NCBI GenBank assembly: GCA_035526765.1
Contig: DATLBS010000016.1
Span: 8,681 to 72,680, forward strand
Source of the DNA: Thermoplasmatota archaeon
GTDB lineage: Archaea > Thermoplasmatota > E2 > JACPAO01 > JAHFTW01
Direction of reading: 5' to 3'
DNA: 64,000 bases
Numbering within the stretch: the first letter of the stretch is position 1; every line of letters starts with the position of its first letter. The position numbers and the translations under genes are program-made. Of the stretch, positions 56,880-64,000 are shown piece after piece. The notes below the pieces were generated by a model. It searched no databases, was not told where the DNA came from, and saw only the letters and a program-made list of their open reading frames with translations.

Positions 56880-58517
56880 CTACGTCCAGGTGTAGGTCGT
56901 GCTGGTGGCGGTCTGGCCCGTGCTGGCGGTGGCCACGAAGACCACCTTGCTGTTGTTGGGCGCGTTCAGGCTCTTGGCGTACGTGCCCCAGGAGTCCTTC
57001 GGCAGGTCCACGAGGGACCCGCCGTTGATGCGGACCTGGACCTTCGTGACGGCCTTGTTGGCCGTGACGCCGGTCTCGACCCACCAGTCGTTGCCCAGCG
57101 ACTTGGGCGAGAACGAGGCCGTGAAGGCCGTCGTCGTGCTGCTGGCGGAGGTGCTGGTGGCGGGGGCCGCGGTGCCCGTGCTGGTGGCGGTGGTGCCGGA
57201 GGTGCCGGTCACGGTCGCGTACGAGACCATCCAGGCCACCTTGGGCGACACGGCCGCATGGCCGGTCGTGTCCTTGGCCGTGAAGACGACCATGGACCCC
57301 TTGGGGGCGCTGAAGCTGGCCGCGTACGTGCCGTACGAGGTCTTGCCCAGGGCGTGTGCGCTGCCGCCGTTGACGGTGGCGGAGACCCCCGAGAGGGCGT
57401 GGTTGCCGGTGACCTTGGCCTCGACCCACCAGGCGTTGGCGCTGGAGGTCGGGGTGAACGACGCCGTGAAGACGGTCGCGGAGGTCGTCGTGGACGTCGT
57501 GGCGGGCGGCGAGGTCGTCGTGCTGGAGGCACGCTCGGCCTTCACGCCGGCGATCCACACCAGCGCGGCGGGCTTCTGGATGCCAGTGGTCTTGCTGGCC
57601 AGGCCCCAGTAGCGCTCCGCCATGCCGTAGTAGTTGGCGAGGTCCATCGTGGGCGAGTCGTACCAGGAGCGGTAGATCATCGCCTGCACGCCGAGGGCCT
57701 TCAGGTCCTGCATGTGGCTGAAGAACTTCGCGAGGGCGTCCTTCTGCATCGTGAGGTACGTGGGCTCCGGGTAGCTCGAGAGCGCGATGTCGGTGAGGAC
57801 GATCGGCTTGTTGAACAGCGTCTTGAGCTTCTGGACGCCGGCCAGCGTGCTGTCGTACAGGTTGCTGTAGGCGGTGCCCGTCTCGTGGGTGGAGCCACGC
57901 ATCCCCTGCAGGCCGGTGAAGTCGCTCTTGGCGGCGATGCGGTCGAAGTTGTGCCAGTTCTCGCTGCCCCAGTTGCCGAAGGCCAGGACGACCTTCGCGT
58001 TGGGGTACCGGGAGTGGATGTAGTCGGCCATGTCGGCCATGTAGCCGTCGAACGGCTCGTAGGTCGAGATGCCACCCTTGTTGAACTCCGACTCCAGGAA
58101 CACCATGACGGGCTTGCCGCCCATCTTGGAGTTCATGTGGTCCGTCATCTGCTGCGCCAGCTGCTTCCAGTGGGCGCGGTCCTTCTGTGCGTTGTGGAGG
58201 CTGCTCCAGCAGCCGTTCTCGACGCAGGAGGGGGTGATGTCGTCGCCCCAGTAGTAGAAGTGGATCGCGGGCGTGACGCCGGCGTTGTTCATGTTGGTGA
58301 GCTGGGTGTCCGCGGAGCCCCAGCCGGAGCTGAGGGTCCAGGGGCCGATCCAGAAGGTGCCGTAGTCGGCCTTGACGCCGGCCGAGGCCTGGGCCGCCAT
58401 CGAGGACGACTCCATGCCGAAGGCCATGCGCCCGGGGGTGGTTGTTGCGGACGCTGCCAGGGGCAGGGCCCCCAGCAGCAGCCCGAGGCTCATCAGTCCG
58501 ATCAGGGTGCGTTTCAT
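56880..58517 (-). CDS. Secreted putative glycoside hydrolase (TIM-barrel, GH26/clan-A-like) with two C-terminal NxWWVE domains
   Basis: Signal peptide, aromatic-rich core with ESEFN and KPIVLTD, Thr-rich linkers; family assignment tentative. Confidence 0.6.
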   Translation of the reverse strand: MKRTLIGLMSLGLLLGALPLAASATTTPGRMAFGMESSSMAAQASAGVKADYGTFWIGPWTLSSGWGSADTQLTNMNNAGVTPAIHFYYWGDDITPSCVENGCWSSLHNAQKDRAHWKQLAQQMTDHMNSKMGGKPVMVFLESEFNKGGISTYEPFDGYMADMADYIHSRYPNAKVVLAFGNWGSENWHNFDRIAAKSDFTGLQGMRGSTHETGTAYSNLYDSTLAGVQKLKTLFNKPIVLTDIALSSYPEPTYLTMQKDALAKFFSHMQDLKALGVQAMIYRSWYDSPTMDLANYYGMAERYWGLASKTTGIQKPAALVWIAGVKAERASSTTTSPPATTSTTTSATVFTASFTPTSSANAWWVEAKVTGNHALSGVSATVNGGSAHALGKTSYGTYAASFSAPKGSMVVFTAKDTTGHAAVSPKVAWMVSYATVTGTSGTTATSTGTAAPATSTSASSTTTAFTASFSPKSLGNDWWVETGVTANKAVTKVQVRINGGSLVDLPKDSWGTYAKSLNAPNNSKVVFVATASTGQTATSTTYTWT

Positions 58518-58886
58518 GGTCAGGTTCCGGGGCGCGTTTCCCGATGCAGAAGCACCAAGGTTGTCCGCGCCCGACCTGCCTTCCTCCCCCCCGTCCGACT
58601 TAATCGACCATCGTAGCCCTTATTGGGGACAACGGACCCGCGGGAATTCCCATATCAGTGTTCCCCCTCGCCGCGCCTGCCTCCCTTCTTATATAGCGCC
58701 CAGGGACGGAGCGCTGGTGTCCATCCCAGCGGGTCTGCATCTCCCGGAACGCCCCCCGCAGCAAGCCCACAGACGCTGAAGCCACGCACCCTTTTCCGGT
58801 CCAGACCAGCCGGAGCCCCCGGGGTGCCGCACTGACATCTGCGGGCCCTGCCCACCCCTGAAGCCTCAAGTAGTCCGTGGACGAAG

Positions 58887-59699
58887 GTGGAGTGGTCCCC
58901 ATCCGGGGGCACGGAGCTGGTCCACATCAAAGACAAGGTCCTCATCGTCGACGACGAACCCGATGTCCTGGAGAGCACGGCCCTCCTCGTGGAGGCCCTG
59001 GGCTACCAGGCCATCCGCCTGTCGGACCCCGCCGAGATCCTCGAGACCGTCGAGCAGGAGCAGCCCGGCATCCTGCTGCAGGACCTCAAGATGCCCGGCC
59101 TCAACGTGGCCGGCCTTGTCGCCGCCCTACGGCTGAACCCCCTCACAGCGGAGGTCCCATTGGTCTTCTTCAGCGCCGGCGGCGACCTGCCAACGACCGC
59201 GGCCCGCTATGACGCGTGGGGCTACCTCGCCAAGCCCTTCGGGAAGGAGGAGCTCGCCCGCCTGCTCAACCAGGTCCTCGGGGCTCCCGCCAAGCGCACC
59301 GGACCCTGGCAGGGCCGCGACATGCAGCGCGAGGTCCGCAGCGTCTTCCACGACTACTGGAACCTGCTGGCCGCCCTCAGCAACTACATCCTCATCCTCG
59401 ACCGCGCCAAGGGCCTGAGCGCCGAGGCCCAGAAGTCGGTGCGCGGACTCGACGAGATCATCCTCAAGCTCGAGTCGAAGACCGACCGCCTCAGCGCCTA
59501 CATCATGGCCCTCGTCGGCAGCATCGAGCCCGTCCCCGTCGCCCAGACGGCGACGCAGGCCCGCGGCGGCCGCTCCGGCGGCTCCGAGGGCGGCGACACC
59601 GGCCGCGCGTCCGGCCCCGGCCGCTCCGGCGGCACGGGCGGCAGCGGCTCGGGCCGTGTGTCCGGGCCTGGCAAGGACGACAACACGCCCACGGCGTGA
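58887..59699 (+). CDS. Response regulator receiver fused to a HisKA-like helical hairpin, without ATPase domain
   Basis: VLIVDDE, LQDLKMPG, FSA, AKPF; then FHDYWNLL helix pair and Gly-rich tail. Confidence 0.85.
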   Translation: MEWSPSGGTELVHIKDKVLIVDDEPDVLESTALLVEALGYQAIRLSDPAEILETVEQEQPGILLQDLKMPGLNVAGLVAALRLNPLTAEVPLVFFSAGGDLPTTAARYDAWGYLAKPFGKEELARLLNQVLGAPAKRTGPWQGRDMQREVRSVFHDYWNLLAALSNYILILDRAKGLSAEAQKSVRGLDEIILKLESKTDRLSAYIMALVGSIEPVPVAQTATQARGGRSGGSEGGDTGRASGPGRSGGTGGSGSGRVSGPGKDDNTPTA

Positions 59700-60160
59700 C
59701 ACACCTCCTTCCTTCCCTCTCTCCTTCCTTCTCCCGTTCCCTTTTCTGTGGCCTCAAGTCGCCAAATCCTTCTCGTCGTCACGGCCATGTTCACGGACCG
59801 GTGACCGATCTGTACTGCACCCTTCGCCTCGGTGCCATGGCTTCCGGCACGGCCATCAGGTACGCGACGTCCCGAACGACGAACCACCGTTCCAGCTAGG
59901 ACGCCCTGTTGCCACTGCGATGTGCCGGAACAAGGGCCGGCCAAGCCACCGAGTGACCCTTTGGGACGCGGCAGCACTGCGGTTGCCAAGAAGGAGACGC
60001 AGCGGCAACCCTTGATGGCCGATGCCAGGGCTGGATTCCAAGACCTGCGCAACGCGCTGGAACCCGCTGGTCCAAGTTCATAGAGGGCGATGCCAGGCAC
60101 GTCCACGGATGCTTGATGCGGACTGGGGGCTGGCAGGTGGCGAAGCGGAGCCCTGATTCC

Positions 60161-60250
60161 TCGCGGATGCCGCGGAACACGCGGAGATCCCCATCTCCTG
60201 GGGCGAAGGTTCCCCATCGAGAGGTCTCCGTTCTCCGCGCCCGCCGCGTG
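60161..60250. repeat. REP-like imperfect palindrome (cgcgga-type)
   Basis: tcgcggatgccgcggaacacgcggaga ... tctccgttctccgcgcccgccgcgtg. Confidence 0.6.
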
Positions 60251-60410
60251 CAAGGTCGACAGGCGCGCCTGCGCCGCCCGCTGGCAATGCACAAGAGGTG
60301 ATGGCCGGGGGGGGGGGGCGGGGCCCCAGGCAACGGGTCCATCGCAGCGATGGAACGCAAAAAAGGACGCGAAGAAGGAAGGGGGGAAGGGAGGAGGGAT
60401 GCTCGCTGGC

Positions 60411-62570
60411 CTACGGCCAGGTCGTCGTGCCCGAGGTCGCGACGGAGCCCGTCGTCGAGGTGGCCCGGAACTGGACCTGCGCGCCATGGTCCACGTGCAT
60501 GGACTTGGCCCACGTGCCCCAGTCGGTCTTGGCGAGGGCGATCCAGCTGCCGCCGTTGACGCGGGCATCGACGGAGCCCACCGGCTCGCCGTTGGAGGTC
60601 ACTGTGACCTCGACCCACCACTCGTTGATGTTCTTCGACACCGTGAAGGTGGGCGAGAAGCCCGAGGGCGGGCTCGTCGTCGTGCCGCTGGTGGTGGTCG
60701 ACGTCGTGGTCGTCGTGCTGCTGGTGGTGGTGGTCGTGCCGCCGCCCGGGCAGGTGACCAGGGTCGCGTCCGTGTTGGAGGGCGGGATCCACTGCCTGCA
60801 CGAGCTCAGGTCCGCGCTGCCGGCGGTGCCGGTGGCGCGCATCTGGACGATGGTGCCCTGCGTGATGTGGTACGAGGCGGCCCAGCCTCCCCAGGACTGC
60901 TTGGTCAGGGGCTGGAACGGTCCCCAGGCCCCGTTGTAGAGGCGGACCTCGACCTTGGCCAGGGGCTCGCCGTTGGTGGCCACGTTGGCCTGCACCCACC
61001 ACTCGTTGCCGCGGAAGGCCGTGAAGGTGGCGTCGAAGGCACCGGAGGGCGGGGGCGGGGGCGGGGGCGGCGGCGGAGGCGGGGGCGGCGGGGGCGTGCC
61101 CTGGCCACCGGTCAGCGTGGGGTAGGGCAGGTGCGGGTACACGGAGTTGTAGGCCACGTGCGTGTCGAAGACCAGGACGCCGCCGCCGCTGACGGTGGAG
61201 TCGCCGGCGCCGACCTCGACGACCCACTGCATGGTGCCGGTGCCCCAGAGGTCCGCGAGGATGGGGGCGCGGCTGACCTTCCAGTGCGTGGTCGGCACGA
61301 AGGCCTCCTTGGCGCCGGTGCGGGAGTCGAGGTACCAGATGCCGTCGCCGCCGGTGCCGGGGCCGTTGGCAAGGACTTCCTGGACGCCGTCGCCGTCGAC
61401 GTCGCCGAGGGTGAGGTCCTTGTTGCTCCAGTACGTGTTCAGGCTCTGCTTCCAGACCAGGTTGCCCTGGCCGTCGTAGCGGTAGAAGTTGCCAGGCCCG
61501 GTGACGTCCCAGTCGTACTGGGGGTCGATGCCGCCCTTGTGGCCGATCGTGTTCCAGTCGGCCCAGTAGATCTCGTTGCGGCCGTCGTGGTCGGCGTCCA
61601 CGATGACGGGGTGCGTGTAGGTCAGCGGATTGCCGCCGTTGACGTCCTGCTTGGCCCAGAGCACGGAGCCGCCCGTGCTGAAGGCGATCAGCAGCGCGTG
61701 GTCGTTCTCGAAGTTCGTGGTGTCGTGCGAGTCGCGGGCGCCGACGATGAAGTCGAGGCCGCCGGAGCCATCGATCTGGCCGATGGCGCCGCCGACGGGC
61801 ATGGCGCCCGACCGGAGGTTGTAGTGAGCGGTGACCGAGTAGCTCCAGCGGGTGGCGCCGGTGCGGCCGTTGAGCTGTGTGACGACGCCGCCGTCGGAGT
61901 TGAACATGACCTCGGGGTAGCCGTCACCGTCCATGTCGCCGGGCACCATCTCGGTGTTGCCGCCACCGATGCACTTCTTCCAGTACAGGCTGCCGTCCTG
62001 GCGCAGGGCGTAGAGGCCGGACTCCTCGGTGCTGCCAAGGATCTCGTAGCGGCCGTCGCGGTCGAGGTCGACCAGGACGGGCTTGGAGTCGGAGCCGGGG
62101 TTGGAGTAGCAGTCGCTGAGGCGGCGCTCCCATTCCTTGACGAAGGAGAAGTGGCCGGTGGTGCTGCCTCCGGGGTTGAAGCGGTACGAGGTGACGTAGG
62201 CGGCCGAGTTCTGGAGGACGATGCGGACGGTGCCGGCGGAGTCGAACACCGCGGCCTCGGGTCCGTTGAAGGTGCGGGCGCCCCAGCTGGAGGGGAACGT
62301 CGTCTTGAGCTCCGCCAGGATGGCGCCCGTCTTGGAGTCGAAGACGTACGCGTACTGGTTGTCGTTCTGGGCGATGATCTCCTTCCGGCCGTCGCCGTTG
62401 AAGTCGAAGACCTTGGGGGGGTTGCCGTCGAAGTTGCGGAACGGCACGGTGGGGTGCGCCGTGTTGGTCCAGATCGTGAGGGATTGGGTGGTTGCGGCCT
62501 CGGCGCCTCCCAGCATGGCGACGAACACCAGCGGGAGCACGAAGAGGGCGGTTGCTGCAAGCGCCTTCAT
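60411..62570 (-). CDS. Secreted FG-GAP/VCBS-repeat beta-propeller protein with two C-terminal NxWWVE domains
   Basis: Signal peptide; DFNGDGRKEI, DLDRDGRYEI, DMDGDGYPEV, DVDGDGVQEV; poly-Pro and Thr linkers. Confidence 0.88.
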   Translation of the reverse strand: MKALAATALFVLPLVFVAMLGGAEAATTQSLTIWTNTAHPTVPFRNFDGNPPKVFDFNGDGRKEIIAQNDNQYAYVFDSKTGAILAELKTTFPSSWGARTFNGPEAAVFDSAGTVRIVLQNSAAYVTSYRFNPGGSTTGHFSFVKEWERRLSDCYSNPGSDSKPVLVDLDRDGRYEILGSTEESGLYALRQDGSLYWKKCIGGGNTEMVPGDMDGDGYPEVMFNSDGGVVTQLNGRTGATRWSYSVTAHYNLRSGAMPVGGAIGQIDGSGGLDFIVGARDSHDTTNFENDHALLIAFSTGGSVLWAKQDVNGGNPLTYTHPVIVDADHDGRNEIYWADWNTIGHKGGIDPQYDWDVTGPGNFYRYDGQGNLVWKQSLNTYWSNKDLTLGDVDGDGVQEVLANGPGTGGDGIWYLDSRTGAKEAFVPTTHWKVSRAPILADLWGTGTMQWVVEVGAGDSTVSGGGVLVFDTHVAYNSVYPHLPYPTLTGGQGTPPPPPPPPPPPPPPPPSGAFDATFTAFRGNEWWVQANVATNGEPLAKVEVRLYNGAWGPFQPLTKQSWGGWAASYHITQGTIVQMRATGTAGSADLSSCRQWIPPSNTDATLVTCPGGGTTTTTSSTTTTTSTTTSGTTTSPPSGFSPTFTVSKNINEWWVEVTVTSNGEPVGSVDARVNGGSWIALAKTDWGTWAKSMHVDHGAQVQFRATSTTGSVATSGTTTWP

Positions 62571-62924
62571 GGCCGATGGCTCCGTCCCCACGTGCATAAG
62601 GCCGCAGGGACACGTTGGCGGTCCAACAGAAGGGGCCGCACATCTACGGAGGCGCCCGGCCATCGATGCCGGGGTTTGCCGGACAGTCGCGAGCCAGAGC
62701 CTGACCGCATCGCCACGCAACAAGGAACCGCGTGTGGCACGGCCGGCCCGTGGCGCCAGGCCACTCGCCCGGCAGGCCCCGGAAAGCCAGGCCCTGGGCC
62801 CTGAGGCCAGTTGTCGTACGCCTCTCGCGGCCGTCGCCGCGCCTCCGGGAATCCGCCTTGCGTCAGGCCCAGGAGGCCGGCTCGCCGCAGGTTGGACCGG
62901 AAAAGGGGAAGGTGGCGAGGCGCC

Positions 62925-64000
62925 TCAGTGGGCCCGCAGGGCGGAGGCCGAGCCCGGCCATGGCGCATCGTAGGCGGCATCCAGGTCGAACACGAGGAGG
63001 GCCCCCTTGCGGGAGCCGTCCAGGGGCTCGACGGGGAAGACCAACTGCATCTTGCCGTCATGCCGCAGCTCGTGCAGCACGGGCCCGCGGCTCATCTTCC
63101 AGTCCTCCAGGGGCAGGAACGCCTCGGCGGAGCCGGTGGCGGCGGAGAGCCGCCAGATGCCGTCGTAGCCGCCGCCGGGGCCGTTGGCGAGGATGGAGTA
63201 GGAGCCGTCGCCGTCCAGGTCCACGACCGCGATGTCCCGGTTGCTCCACCAGGCGTCGATCTCGCGCACCCAGACGTCGTTGCCGGCGTCGTCGAGGCGG
63301 AAGGCGTGCGCCGGGCCCAGCCGCTCCCAGTTGCCGGGGCGGTGGCCGATCGTGTTCCAGTCCATCCCGAAGATGTCCATGCGGCCGTCGCCGTCCACGT
63401 CGACGACCGCCAGCTGGGTGTAGCTCAGCGGGTTCGCCCACTGGGGCTGGCGCATCCACACCAGCTCGCCCTGGCCGCCCGCGCCGCCATGGATGGCGAA
63501 GACCGCCATGTGGTCGTTGGCGAAGGTATCCGGTTGCCCCGGTGGCGCGTACCGCGCCACGTAGAGGATCTCCTTCTGGCCCTGGCCGTCGAGGTCCGCC
63601 ACGGTGACCTGGGTGGGGATGGCGGCCGGCGTGATCCCGGCGGAGCGCGAGTCGTACGTCCACCGGGTCGCGCCAGTCTTGGCATCGAGCACGGCGACGA
63701 CGCCGTTGTCGCCGGCCACGATGGCCTCGGCATGCCCGTCGCCGTCCAGGTCGGCCACGGCGGGGGCCCCGTTGCCTCCTGTCCAGCACTGCTTCCACTG
63801 CGTGGCGCCGTCGGCGCGCAGGCCGAAGGAGCCGCCGTCCTCCGTCTGCACGATGATGAGCTTCTCGCCGCCGCCGACGTCGGCGATGGAGGCCTTGGCG
63901 TCCATGCCGGGGCTGCGCACGCATTCCGTCATGCGGCGCTCGAAGGTCTTCGTGAACTCGAAGTGGTCCTCCGTGCTCTTGGCGGCGTCGTAGCGCCACG
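62925..64000 (-). CDS. FG-GAP/VCBS-repeat protein, paralog of the neighbour (5' truncated by window edge)
   Basis: DLDGDG repeats; NPLSYT, DWNTIGH and WSN.D motifs shared with 60411-62570; lacks the C-terminal domains. Confidence 0.85.
   Translation of the reverse strand, partial: WRYDAAKSTEDHFEFTKTFERRMTECVRSPGMDAKASIADVGGGEKLIIVQTEDGGSFGLRADGATQWKQCWTGGNGAPAVADLDGDGHAEAIVAGDNGVVAVLDAKTGATRWTYDSRSAGITPAAIPTQVTVADLDGQGQKEILYVARYAPPGQPDTFANDHMAVFAIHGGAGGQGELVWMRQPQWANPLSYTQLAVVDVDGDGRMDIFGMDWNTIGHRPGNWERLGPAHAFRLDDAGNDVWVREIDAWWSNRDIAVVDLDGDGSYSILANGPGGGYDGIWRLSAATGSAEAFLPLEDWKMSRGPVLHELRHDGKMQLVFPVEPLDGSRKGALLVFDLDAAYDAPWPGSASALRAH

Noticed and set aside
59750..60150. Long intergenic region as another element copy or small gene
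   Set aside because: Only scattered short matches; ORFs lack coding-like codon bias
61045..61100. G-rich runs here and at 60307-60324 as G-quadruplex or contingency loci
   Set aside because: The first encodes a poly-Pro linker; the second is an intergenic homopolymer with no supporting evidence

Overview
High-GC (roughly 70% by eye) archaeal chromosome segment, most consistent with a Thermoplasmatota lineage. Archaeal markers include TBP, Rpo11, Csl4, Cbf5, aIF2-beta+TRAM, Kae1/Bud32/Pcc1, class I CCA enzyme, uS15 and DUF5611. About 66 CDS and one tRNA-Ser(GGA) are supported. Most are housekeeping, interspersed with bacterial-type two-component genes, ester-lipid enzymes and secreted proteins. 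No CRISPR array, rRNA, integrase or transposase was seen. The main unexplained signals are: (1) a 240-310 bp non-coding element in at least four dispersed intergenic copies, in both orientations, with conserved covarying hairpins; (2) a second family of short REP-like imperfect palindromes, two of them nested inside element 1; (3) 3'-end duplications of the uS15 gene and tRNA-Ser around short hairpin inserts; (4) a cluster of three unrelated secreted proteins sharing a tandem pair of an unrecognised ~80-aa 'NxWWVE' C-terminal domain; (5) 11-residue basic repeats in a lipase and in a histone-like protein ending in a MinD-like amphipathic tail; (6) a PAS-MenA fusion. All alignments and folds were done by eye, start codons are best estimates, and no database searches were run.
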